Assembly: GCA_965202785.1 (NCBI GenBank)
Contig: OZ241855.1
Span: 416,001-480,000, forward strand
Source: Thermodesulfobacteriota bacterium
Lineage (GTDB): Bacteria; Desulfobacterota_D; UBA1144; Nemesobacterales; Nemesobacteraceae
Length of the DNA: 64,000 nt
Direction of reading: 5' to 3'
The stretch's first letter is position 1. Each line of letters begins with the position of its first letter. This document shows, one piece after another, positions 28,834-37,875 of this stretch. A program made the position numbers and the translations under genes. Under the pieces are notes generated by a model that saw only the letters and a list, made by a program, of their open reading frames with translations, did not search any database and was not told the origin of the DNA.

Positions 28834-29726
28834 GCAACTCAACTCAAAACAGCGACCTTGAAATACTGGACAACTACCCGATGAGGAAATATCTGTACAT
28901 AAAAGTCGGGGGGGAGGCGAAGCGCCTCGTGTATCCACAGAACACGAAAAGTTTCCTTGAACTGCTCAAGCGCTGCCACGAGTCGGGAGAGAAAGTCACC
29001 GTGCTCGGAGCCGGTTCCAACACCATAATAACCGAGCAGGGAATAGACGGCGTGGTCATAAGCACGAGGAAGCTAAAGGAAGTACGCATAGAGAGAACGC
29101 GCGTTGAAGCCGAATGCGGCGCAATGCTCTCATCCATAATGAACAGATCAATCCGTCTCGGACTCACAGGGTTTGAGTTTGCCGCCGGTATACCTGGAAC
29201 GGTCGGAGGAAGCATATACATGAACGCCGGGGCGAACGGGGGAGAGATAAAGGACGCGGTGAAAAAAGTTCACATATGGCACGAGGGTGAGGAAAAGGAA
29301 CTGTCAAGAGAAGAGATAAACTTCGAGTACAGGAAAAGCAATCTGCCCGAGGGTTCCATAGTCACGAAAGCCGTGTTCGAACTGCGCAGAGGAGACAGAA
29401 AGAAAAGCGAGGAAAACGTGAGACAGTATCTCGCGTACAGAAACAGGACCCAGCCTGTGAAAATGGCCAACACGGGTTCGGTTTTTAAGAATCCGCCTAC
29501 GGTCAGTGCAGGAGAACTGCTCGAGGGGTTGGGATTCAAGGGGCTTTGCGTCGGCGGAGCCAAGTTCTCGGAAATCCACGCGAATTTCATCGTGAACTTC
29601 AACAGAGCGAAAGCCGACGATATCATCGCACTCATTGAAAAAGCGAGGGAAGCCGCCTTGAAAAAACGGAACATAAATCTTGAGCCCGAAGTCGAAATAA
29701 TGGGCAGGGAGGCAGGAATCGTATGA
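28830..29726 (+). CDS. murB: UDP-N-acetylenolpyruvoylglucosamine reductase
   Basis: GAGSN, GIPGTVGG..MNAGA, GSVFKNP and HANFI motifs. Confidence 0.96.
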   Translation: MSNSTQNSDLEILDNYPMRKYLYIKVGGEAKRLVYPQNTKSFLELLKRCHESGEKVTVLGAGSNTIITEQGIDGVVISTRKLKEVRIERTRVEAECGAMLSSIMNRSIRLGLTGFEFAAGIPGTVGGSIYMNAGANGGEIKDAVKKVHIWHEGEEKELSREEINFEYRKSNLPEGSIVTKAVFELRRGDRKKSEENVRQYLAYRNRTQPVKMANTGSVFKNPPTVSAGELLEGLGFKGLCVGGAKFSEIHANFIVNFNRAKADDIIALIEKAREAALKKRNINLEPEVEIMGREAGIV

Positions 29727-30424
29727 ACATCCTGACAAAGGGAATAGCGGCGGTCTTTTTCTTCTCGGTCTGCGGAATCGCTCTTTTCGCAATTGAGCCA
29801 TCGGAACATCTCACAGTGAAAGAGATTGTCATTACAGGAAACAGCAAGATAAGTTCTTCGGAAATCATAAAACGCTCTGGAATAAGAGCCGGGTCAACAT
29901 CTATGCTGCTTCCCACTTCCAAAGCAAAGCAGGAAATCCTTGAGAATCCATGGGTAAGCGAAGTACAGGTAAAGAAGCTTCTTCACGGAAAAATAAGAAT
30001 TGAGATCTACGAAGCCGAACCTTTCTGCATAGTGGCTCAAGGGGGAGCCGAGCCATACTACATAGACGCAAAGGGAAGGAAGCTAGGCGTAGCAGATCCG
30101 TCGCAAGGTCTTGATTTTCCGGTGATCTCGAGCAAGGAGGAAGTCAGTCCGGGTCTAATGCTCCAGGCAGTTGAGATTCTCAATCTCTCCAAGTCCAGTT
30201 CGGCTCTCGGCTGGTCGGAAATTTCTGAGATAGTGGTGGAAGAAAACTTCGGCATCAAGCTCTTAACCCTTGATCGCAGATTCGTAACCTTTGGAAAAAA
30301 CAACATGAAGACCAAGTGGCGCAAGGTTGAGAGAATAATAGTTCATTCACGCAAGAACAATCTGGTGGAAAAAGCTATAGACATAAGTTCGGGTGACGTA
30401 GGGGTAATAGGCTACGATTCCTAA
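29723..30424 (+). CDS. ftsQ: Cell division protein FtsQ/DivIB (POTRA domain)
   Basis: TM helix followed by a POTRA pattern (I.I.GN...S..EI...PWV..V.V.K). Lies before ftsA. Confidence 0.85.
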   Translation: MNILTKGIAAVFFFSVCGIALFAIEPSEHLTVKEIVITGNSKISSSEIIKRSGIRAGSTSMLLPTSKAKQEILENPWVSEVQVKKLLHGKIRIEIYEAEPFCIVAQGGAEPYYIDAKGRKLGVADPSQGLDFPVISSKEEVSPGLMLQAVEILNLSKSSSALGWSEISEIVVEENFGIKLLTLDRRFVTFGKNNMKTKWRKVERIIVHSRKNNLVEKAIDISSGDVGVIGYDS

Positions 30425-30433
30425 CATCACAAA

Positions 30434-31672
30434 ATGGCGCAGAAAAAAAACAATTCGCTACCGATAGTTGGTCTCGACATAGGAACGACAAAAGTCTCCG
30501 TAGTGGTTGGGGAATCCGACCCAAGCGGTGAGATCGACATAATCGGCGTCGGTAACCACCCCTCCCACGGACTCAAAAGGGGGGTAGTGGTTAACATAGA
30601 GAAAACCGTGGACTCCATACAGAACGCGGTAGAGAAAGCCGAACAGATGTCCGGACATGAGATAACGGAGGTCATAGTAGGAATAGCCGGCGGGCATATA
30701 AAGGGAATGAACGGGCACGGAATGGTCACCCTGCGGGAAAAGGAGGTAACTTCCAAGGATATCGATAGAGTCATAGAATCGGCAAACGCCCTTCTGATTC
30801 CGGCGGAAAGAGAAATTATTCACGCCATCCCGCAGGAATACACGGTTGACAGGGAAAGCGGCATAAACGATCCGGTTGGTATCCACGGATTAAAACTTGA
30901 GGCAAACGTCCACATAGTCACTGGGGACGTGACCGCGGCTCGGAACATCGTAAAATGCATAGAGATGTCGGGGATGACTTCCGTTGACATGGTAATTGAG
31001 CAGATAGCTTCAAGCGAAGCGGTTCTTACGCATGACGAGAGGGAAATCGGGGTAGCGATGATAGATTTCGGAGGAGGCACCTGCGATATAGCGGTGTTTA
31101 TGAACGGAAGCGTTAAGTATACCGAAAGCATCACCCTCGGGGGAGACCATCTAGACAGGGATATCGCTTTTGGACTCTCCGTACCTCTCCCCGAGGCAAG
31201 AAGGCTCAAGGAAAATCACGGCGTGGCCACCCCCAAGTCGAATGAGATGATAAGCGACGACAGAATAGAGGTAGAAAGCGCTTCGGGACGCGAGCCCAAG
31301 CGTATTCTGAAAAAAGACCTTGCGACGATAATCCAATTGAGGATGGAGGAGATCTTTACTCTGATAAAAAAAGAATTCTTAAAGCAGGGGTTCATCGGCA
31401 TGCTTCCAGCCGGGGTGGTGCTTACGGGAGGAAGCAGCAAGATGCAGGAGATGGCGACTCTTGCCGAGCGGGTACTCGACATGCCGGTTCGCATCGGCAT
31501 ACCCCGCGACGTAAACGGTCTCACGGACATTATCACCGATCCCATATACTCAACCGGAGTGGGGCTGGTCAAATACGCAAGTTTGAATAAAGAACCCGGC
31601 GTTCCGGCAGGGGTGCTGACGCAGAAAAATGTTTTTACGAGAATGAAAGGATGGTTTAACGAATTTTTTTAA
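30434..31672 (+). CDS. ftsA: Cell division protein FtsA
   Basis: GLDIGTTK, DFGGGT.D and VLTGG motifs; C-terminal amphipathic helix WFNEFF. Confidence 0.97.
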   Translation: MAQKKNNSLPIVGLDIGTTKVSVVVGESDPSGEIDIIGVGNHPSHGLKRGVVVNIEKTVDSIQNAVEKAEQMSGHEITEVIVGIAGGHIKGMNGHGMVTLREKEVTSKDIDRVIESANALLIPAEREIIHAIPQEYTVDRESGINDPVGIHGLKLEANVHIVTGDVTAARNIVKCIEMSGMTSVDMVIEQIASSEAVLTHDEREIGVAMIDFGGGTCDIAVFMNGSVKYTESITLGGDHLDRDIAFGLSVPLPEARRLKENHGVATPKSNEMISDDRIEVESASGREPKRILKKDLATIIQLRMEEIFTLIKKEFLKQGFIGMLPAGVVLTGGSSKMQEMATLAERVLDMPVRIGIPRDVNGLTDIITDPIYSTGVGLVKYASLNKEPGVPAGVLTQKNVFTRMKGWFNEFF

Positions 31673-31700
31673 GGGAAAAATCCAACCGGAGGGTAAACAT

Positions 31701-32777
31701 ATGGCAAGTTTTAGGATTGAGAATGTTGATGATGGCTTCGGAAGAGCCAGAATCAAGGTTGTAGGAACAGGTGGGGCCGGCGGAAACGCCGTAAACACCA
31801 TGATAAGCAGAGGACTTAAAGAAGTGGAGTTCATCGCCGTAAACACGGATTTCCAGGATCTAGGCAAATCACTGGCGCCGACGCAACTCCAGATAGGAGA
31901 GAGTATATCGAGGGGTCTCGGTTCCGGGGGAAATCCCCAGATGGCAAAGGAAGCCGCTCTTGAAGACCGAGAGAAGATAGCAGAGGCTCTCGGAGAGGCC
32001 GACATGGTTTTCATAACCGCAGGAATGGGAGGCGGAACCGGTACTGGCGTTTCTCCCGTAATCGCCCAGGTATGCAAGGAGAAGGATATTCTCACCGTGG
32101 CTATAGTCACAAGGCCCTTTGAATTCGAGGGGATTGCAAGAAGGGAAAACGCCGATTACGGAATCGAAGAGCTGGACAAACATGTCGACACGCTGATTGT
32201 GATTCCCAACGACAAGCTTGCGGCCATACACAAGGTCAGCATTCTTGACGCTTTTCGTCAGGCGGACGAAGTTCTTTACCAGGCGGTAAAGGGAATTTCC
32301 GATATCGTTACGGGAACTGGATACATCAATGTCGATTTTGCCGATGTGAAAAGCGTAATGGCAAACCACGGAGGCAAAGCCCTTATGAGTTCCGGGTTCG
32401 CACAGGGTCCGAACCGTGCGACTCAGGCGGCGCAGATGGCCATAACAAGTCCTCTTCTCGAGGATGTGTCCATTGCCGGAGCCAAGGGAATATTAATGAA
32501 CGTGACGGCTTCGGAGGACTTCGGAATTGAGGAACTGAACGAAGCGTGCAGTCACGTGAGGGAAAGGGCAAACGGTAATATCGATCTGATTTTCGGCCTG
32601 GTCTTCGATGAGAAGGCCAAGGATTTCGTAAAAATCACCGTAGTCGCAACCGGGATAGAAAATTACATCGATAAAAGGGCGACCGATATAATTTCGGAAC
32701 AGCCGTACAACCCCGATATAGAGGAAGACCTCGACATACCAACTTTCGTCAGAAGAAGAGAAAGAGTCGCCCGCTAG
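31701..32777 (+). CDS. ftsZ: Cell division protein FtsZ
   Basis: GGAGGNAVN, AGMGGGTGTG and INVDFADV motifs; C-terminal DIPTFVRR. Confidence 0.98.
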   Translation: MASFRIENVDDGFGRARIKVVGTGGAGGNAVNTMISRGLKEVEFIAVNTDFQDLGKSLAPTQLQIGESISRGLGSGGNPQMAKEAALEDREKIAEALGEADMVFITAGMGGGTGTGVSPVIAQVCKEKDILTVAIVTRPFEFEGIARRENADYGIEELDKHVDTLIVIPNDKLAAIHKVSILDAFRQADEVLYQAVKGISDIVTGTGYINVDFADVKSVMANHGGKALMSSGFAQGPNRATQAAQMAITSPLLEDVSIAGAKGILMNVTASEDFGIEELNEACSHVRERANGNIDLIFGLVFDEKAKDFVKITVVATGIENYIDKRATDIISEQPYNPDIEEDLDIPTFVRRRERVAR

Positions 32778-32794
32778 GAAAACGCCGGACGGTT

Positions 32795-33145
32795 TCAGAC
32801 AACCTCGGATCTGCCTTCCTTAAGGAATGGCAGATCCACCCTCGGGGTATCGATCCAGAGCCCCTCAATGTCGTAGAATTCCCGGACGGGCCGGTGGAAT
32901 ACGTGGAGAACCACGTCCACGAGGTCAAGCAGCACCCATCGGCCTTCGGAGACACCTTCGGTCCCGAATATCTTTACTCCGTGTTTCTTAAGTTCCCGCT
33001 CAACACTCTCCACTATAGTCCGCACTCCCCTGTCGGAGTTCGCGCTGCACACAACGAAATAATCCGCCACGTCGCTTTTTTCCGTAATTTCCAGAATCAC
33101 GGGATCCTCCGCCTTCTTCTCCCAAGCGGCACGGGCGACAAACAA
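32795..33145 (-). CDS. rsfS: Ribosome silencing factor RsfS (Iojap)
   Basis: KKAED, ADYFVVCS, W.LLD..DVV.HVF and R.FYDIE.LW motifs. Follows nadD. Start is TTG 33145 or ATA 33166. Confidence 0.93.
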   Translation of the reverse strand: MFVARAAWEKKAEDPVILEITEKSDVADYFVVCSANSDRGVRTIVESVERELKKHGVKIFGTEGVSEGRWVLLDLVDVVLHVFHRPVREFYDIEGLWIDTPRVDLPFLKEGRSEVV

Positions 33146-33162
33146 GGCTTTCTCCCTGGGCT

Positions 33163-33828
33163 CTATGGTTTTTCCTCCAGCTGGTAAAGGCCGTTTTCCT
33201 CTATATATCCCTCCACCTCACGCGGAACCAGATACCTGAGCGAATTTCCACGGCTTGCAAGTTCCCTGACCTCCGTGGAAGAAACCCTTATACCGGCGAT
33301 ATCTACGAAAAACAACTCATTTGAGCTTTTATGAGCAAAAACTTCCATACCCTTGCCACTATAAGAATATCGAAAGTCATTTTCCAGAGCAAGAGGAATC
33401 GGACTGGCGGAATCAGCAAAATCGTAACCGGGGCGGCGGAGAACAACGAAGCTTGAGTAGTTGAAAAGCTCCGCAGAATCTTTCCACGCGTCTATTTCCG
33501 CAAAAAGTTCGCAACCCATTATGAAATAATATCCGTTTTCCGGATCGCTTTGCTTGAGCGCCCTGAGCGTATCGATAGTGTAGGAAGGAGGCTCCCTGTG
33601 GAGTTCCATGTCGGAAACCTTGAATCGGGAATTGCGTTTTGCCGAAAGGTTAAGCATATTGAGCCTGTGAGAGGGGGCAGCCATGGTTTCTGCGCTTTTA
33701 TGGGGAGAGACAAGAGTCGGAATGAAAACCACCTCGTCCAGGGCCAGCCTCTCACTTATCTCCTCGGCAGCCCTCAGGTGACCCGCGTGCACGGGATCGA
33801 ACGAGCCGCCCATCAGACCTATCTTCAT
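33163..33828 (-). CDS. nadD: Nicotinate-nucleotide adenylyltransferase
   Basis: GGSFDPVHAGH, SYTIDTL and VSSTEVR motifs. Confidence 0.96.
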   Translation of the reverse strand: MKIGLMGGSFDPVHAGHLRAAEEISERLALDEVVFIPTLVSPHKSAETMAAPSHRLNMLNLSAKRNSRFKVSDMELHREPPSYTIDTLRALKQSDPENGYYFIMGCELFAEIDAWKDSAELFNYSSFVVLRRPGYDFADSASPIPLALENDFRYSYSGKGMEVFAHKSSNELFFVDIAGIRVSSTEVRELASRGNSLRYLVPREVEGYIEENGLYQLEEKP

Positions 33829-34931
33829 ATGTAACCCTCTATCATCACTTCATCGCCGAACCTTCTGACCTTAATATTCTTGATATTGATAGCATCTTCA
33901 ATCGACTGCTTTCCAAGACTGCCGACCATGCTCACCCCATCGCCTCCGATAATCTTGGGCGCGTAAAAGAAGACCACCTTGTCAACCAAGCCCTCGCGGA
34001 GAAAACAGGCCCCTACCCCGCTTCCCCCTTCAACCAAAACTCCGCACGTTCCCTCGGCACCAAGTTCACGAAGAAGGTCTGCGGCAGATACGCGGCCCGT
34101 GGCATCGGATTTTAACCTCAGGATCTCGGCACCGAGCTCGTGAAGCCTCTTTTCCTTAACAGACCCCGCAGCCTCCGTAGTGGCAATTATCGAGCGGGGA
34201 TGAGTGCTGAGAACCTTCGCTTCGGGCGAAATACGAAGTTTTGAATCCATAATCACTGGAACCGGCTGGCGTACGTTACCCCCGACTAGGCGAACGTCAA
34301 GTCCCGGGTCGTCCGCGAGCACCGTGTTTATCCCGACAATTACCGCATCCACTTTTTTTCTCAGATGATGGGCCATTTTCCTTTGCCTTGCGCTCCCTAT
34401 CCACTTGGAATCACCTGTTGCGGAAGCTATCTTGCCGTCAATGGTAGAAGCACATTTCAATATGACGAAAGGAAGCCCCGAGACGACGTGTTTGTTGAAA
34501 AACTCGTTTATTTCTGTGCATTCCCTCTCAAGGACCCCCGTTCTCACCGCTATCCCGTTTTCGCGAAGCTTCGCCACCCCTTTTCCGCTTACCTTGGGAT
34601 TAGGGTCAATAGCTCCCACGACGACATCGGATATACCCGAGGCTATTATGGCATCAGTACACGGAGGAGTAAGCTTTTCTGTATGGCAGCAGGGTTCAAG
34701 GGTCACGTAAAGCGTGGCGCCTTTTAGTGAAATTCCCCTTTTCGCGGCATCCGCAAACGCTTCTATCTCTGCGTGAGCAGTCCCGGCTTTTTTATGATAG
34801 CCGCGGCCCACGATGCGTTCCCCGAGTACGCAGACGGCACCAACCATGGGATTGGGACTGGTGCACCCTTCTCCCCTGAGGGCAAGCCTCAGGGCTTTTT
34901 TCATAAACTCCCTGTCATCTCGAGCGGACAT
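33825..34931 (-). CDS. ribD: Riboflavin biosynthesis deaminase/reductase RibD
   Basis: PNP.VG, HAE, TLEPC...PPC, DGKIA and VEGG motifs. Confidence 0.96.
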   Translation of the reverse strand: MSARDDREFMKKALRLALRGEGCTSPNPMVGAVCVLGERIVGRGYHKKAGTAHAEIEAFADAAKRGISLKGATLYVTLEPCCHTEKLTPPCTDAIIASGISDVVVGAIDPNPKVSGKGVAKLRENGIAVRTGVLERECTEINEFFNKHVVSGLPFVILKCASTIDGKIASATGDSKWIGSARQRKMAHHLRKKVDAVIVGINTVLADDPGLDVRLVGGNVRQPVPVIMDSKLRISPEAKVLSTHPRSIIATTEAAGSVKEKRLHELGAEILRLKSDATGRVSAADLLRELGAEGTCGVLVEGGSGVGACFLREGLVDKVVFFYAPKIIGGDGVSMVGSLGKQSIEDAINIKNIKVRRFGDEVMIEGYI

Positions 34932-34939
34932 CAAAAAAC

Positions 34940-36349
34940 CTAGTGCAAAGCCTCCTTGTCCGATGTGAAAAGCGCTTTTGTGAACTGTTCGGCGTCAAAT
35001 TCGCGCAGGTCCCCGAGACCTTCTCCAACCCCTATGTACTTAACCGGAAGACCAAGCTGTTCCGCTATCGCCACTATTATTCCCCCCTTGGCGGTCCCGT
35101 CGAGCTTGGTAAGCACTATACCGGTCACCCCGATGGCTTCGCCAAAAACCCTAGCCTGCTCCACGGCGTTCTGCCCAGTAGTGGCGTCAACGACAAGGAG
35201 AGTTTCATGGGGAGCTCCCTCGAGTTCACGGGCGACCACTCTTCTCAGCTTCTTGAGTTCGTCCATAAGTCCCGTTTTCGTGTGAACCCGCCCGGCGGTA
35301 TCTATCACGAGCAGGTCAATGCCTCTTGAAACCGACGCCTTTACCGCATCATAAGCTACCGCAGATGGGTCCGCCCCGGTCTGGCCGCGAAGAAAATCGC
35401 TTCCCACCCGTTCGGCCCACACCCCGAGCTGCTCAACCGCGGCCGCCCTGAATGTATCGGCGGCGGCTACCATTACCTTCTTTCCTTCCCCTGTGAACCT
35501 GTTGGCGATTTTCCCTATTGAAGTAGTTTTTCCAACGCCGTTAACTCCCGCCACCATGAAAACCGTCGGCTTGGCGGAAAGATCAGACACCGGGCTCTCG
35601 ACTTCCTTTAGGATATCGAGAATCTCCTTTTCGAGAAGGCTTTTTATTTTCTCCATGTATCCGCTGCCCTCCGCCCCAAATGAGGACGAGACTTTCTCCC
35701 GCAGTTTTGCGGTGGTCGCGACTCCCATATCCGACATTATGAGTATCTCCTCGAACTCATCCCAAGTCGCATCATCAATCCTCCCGGATGAAAAAACATG
35801 CTCAAGATTCTGCAGAATCCCCCTGCGAGTCTTGGAAAGTCCGAGGCTCAGCCTCGAGAAGAAATCCCCCTCCGTATCATTTTCTTTCTCTTCCGCAACG
35901 ATTTCCTCTTCCGGCTCTTCGGGAACTTTGGTTTCTTCCGGTTCCTCTTCGGCTTTCAGTTCTTCAGGTTCAGCTTCTTCAGGGAAAGTCGGCTCTTCGG
36001 ATAGCTCGATCGGTTCAGCTGCAGGTACGGGACCCGCAGGCGGCGCCACAATCTCTTTTTCTTCCACCACTACGGGTTCGGGTGCGGCAAACTGCGTTTC
36101 AGGTGCGGGTTCGGCAACTTGCACGGGTGCGGCTTCCGGGGCGGGAGGTTCGGGCCGTGGCTTCGCCTCTTCGGGTTCAGCGGAAACAGCCTCGGGCTGC
36201 TCCTGCACCACGGTCTCCGGCGAAACTTCTTTTTTCCTGAAGAGAAAAAAACCCGCCGCAAGTGCGGCGACTGCTATCGCAACCGGGATGGCAATCTCCA
36301 GATCAACATAGGTTCCAAGTCCCGATAAAAGTTCAGTAATCTCTTTCAT
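34940..36349 (-). CDS. ftsY: SRP receptor FtsY with N-terminal TM helix and Pro/Glu-rich linker
   Basis: GVNGVGKTT, DTFRAAA, DTAGR and TKLDGTAKGG motifs. Confidence 0.96.
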   Translation of the reverse strand: MKEITELLSGLGTYVDLEIAIPVAIAVAALAAGFFLFRKKEVSPETVVQEQPEAVSAEPEEAKPRPEPPAPEAAPVQVAEPAPETQFAAPEPVVVEEKEIVAPPAGPVPAAEPIELSEEPTFPEEAEPEELKAEEEPEETKVPEEPEEEIVAEEKENDTEGDFFSRLSLGLSKTRRGILQNLEHVFSSGRIDDATWDEFEEILIMSDMGVATTAKLREKVSSSFGAEGSGYMEKIKSLLEKEILDILKEVESPVSDLSAKPTVFMVAGVNGVGKTTSIGKIANRFTGEGKKVMVAAADTFRAAAVEQLGVWAERVGSDFLRGQTGADPSAVAYDAVKASVSRGIDLLVIDTAGRVHTKTGLMDELKKLRRVVARELEGAPHETLLVVDATTGQNAVEQARVFGEAIGVTGIVLTKLDGTAKGGIIVAIAEQLGLPVKYIGVGEGLGDLREFDAEQFTKALFTSDKEALH

Positions 36350-37065
36350 ATGGCCTGTCCGCTCGAAAAAAGTTTTTTGCCGATAAAAAACGGTCCCAAG
36401 CTTTCAAGGTACTTTGAAGTCTGCTGAGTCTTTCTCATCCTCTCCACCAGTGCGGAGAGCGGATAGAGATCTCTGCCCAGTATGCCTATCACGAAATCAT
36501 TGTCGTTTTTATCAAGCCCGTGGCTCGCAAGACGGATGTCCTTTGCGTACCCCGCGTCCCCGAACTGAAAGCCTGTCTTGCCGTGTTCAGCCAGAACGGC
36601 TCTTTGCTCCTCGGGAGGGAGGGTTTCAAAAGCCTTTGCCCTCCTGAGCGGGTACCAGATGGCCCACGCAAGCTCCGGGTCAAAGATTTTTTGCTTCGGG
36701 CCCGAAATCAGCGTTCTTTCGAGGTCTTTTTCATAGCCGAGCGAGTAAGTCCTTCCGAGCATCGTATACTCAGCCTTCGGCTTAAGCCGGGCAAAAGAGG
36801 AGCCGGAGAGAAATCGCCTGAGTCCCGTAACGAAAAATTCCGGGGTCTCGCTTATGGTCAGAAGGCCCACGCCTTCATAATCATTCATGTCCGAGTAAAG
36901 AACCGCCTCTAGGGAAGATTCTTCAAGATCGTTAATCAAGAGGGATTCAGACACGGGGTCAACACCCCCGAAACCCATAAACTGCACAAAAAGCCTTCTA
37001 TCAAGAGACTCCCCTCCACTTCCTTTCTCGCTTAAGCTAAACGGCATGTCCGCGGGTTTGCTCAT
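36346..37065 (-). CDS. Chlorite dismutase/coproheme decarboxylase (Cld/ChdC-HemQ) family heme protein
   Basis: WYPLRR....LP.EEQ...L.EHG (proximal His), GLD..D.DF, MR.T..S.Y and GPFF.G motifs. Confidence 0.8.
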   Translation of the reverse strand: MSKPADMPFSLSEKGSGGESLDRRLFVQFMGFGGVDPVSESLLINDLEESSLEAVLYSDMNDYEGVGLLTISETPEFFVTGLRRFLSGSSFARLKPKAEYTMLGRTYSLGYEKDLERTLISGPKQKIFDPELAWAIWYPLRRAKAFETLPPEEQRAVLAEHGKTGFQFGDAGYAKDIRLASHGLDKNDNDFVIGILGRDLYPLSALVERMRKTQQTSKYLESLGPFFIGKKLFSSGQAI

Positions 37066-37180
37066 ACTTTATCACCAGACTTAGGGCTTAAGTATCTATG
37101 ATTTAAAGGCCTAACTCAATGCGATAAATCTCAATCGAGTTGCTGTGGTATAGTATTACAGAGAAGTGAGGACGGGGGTA

Positions 37181-37700
37181 ATGCCGAATAAGCCCAGTTT
37201 TTCTGATTTAGCCTACAAAAACAAAAAGAAAGTAACCCGTAAACAGCGGTTCCTTGAAAAAATGGATGAGATTTTGCCGTGGAAACTGCTGCTTGAACCC
37301 ATACTAAGCAAATATCCGAAGTCGGGGAAGGGACGCCGACCTATTCCGGCCAAGGTTATGCTGCGAATTTATCTGATGCAGCAATGGTACGGCTTGTCGG
37401 ACCCGGCAATGGAAGAAAGCCTTTATGATATTGAGTCCTTGCGCCGTTTTGCCGGCGTGTCAATGCAGAGGATTCCGGACGAAACCACTATTTGCAAGTT
37501 CCGCCACTTCCTACTGAGACATCAAATGACCGAAGAATTGCTCCGTCTCACCGGGCAGTACTTATCAGAACGCGGCTTAATGGTGAGCAAAGGCAAGATT
37601 ACCGATCCCAGAGTACGCAGAGTCAGACGAAAAACCAGCGCAGGCAAACGCACGGGATGATAAAAAAGGGCAAGCCACTACCCTTCCCCTTCCAGATATA
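37181..37700 (+). pseudogene. Truncated IS5-family (IS5 subgroup) transposase
   Basis: SFSD...KKK.TR...FL..M...PW, YPK...GRRP, MLRIY.MQQWYGLSDPAMEE.LY and IPDETTI..FRH motifs. Frame breaks at about 37610. Scraps (TKNQ, KKG) continue in another frame; the DDE core is missing. Confidence 0.85.
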
Positions 37701-37839
37701 GATTCCGGAACCAAAGACAAAACAATTGTAAAGCGAGACACAGGCCTTTGCTTTCAGAAATCCCACTTTTTAATGTCCGAACATCATCTTCAGGAAAGGA
37801 TGCTCAAATAAAGGGGAAGAAAATTTATGTGGAAGTATG

Positions 37840-37857
37840 GCGGTTCTTCTGAACCGC
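37840..37857 (-). terminator. Hairpin just 3' of rho (possible terminator or stabiliser)
   Basis: GCGGTTC-TTCT-GAACCGC, a perfect 7-bp stem 18 nt past the rho stop. No clear U-tract. Confidence 0.35.
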
Positions 37858-37875
37858 TTCAGGTGCCAGACAGTC

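Noticed and set aside
35900-36200. Short imperfect repeats in the ftsY linker (and the tolA linker)
   Set aside because: They reflect low-complexity Pro/Glu/Lys coding, not a DNA repeat array or CRISPR.
36346-37065. True chlorite dismutase (perchlorate respiration)
   Set aside because: The distal catalytic Arg appears absent by alignment, there is no signal peptide, and the context is housekeeping.
37081-37770. IS terminal inverted repeats or target duplication (e.g. TTCAGAAATCCC near 37753)
   Set aside because: No matching complementary end was found upstream of the transposase.
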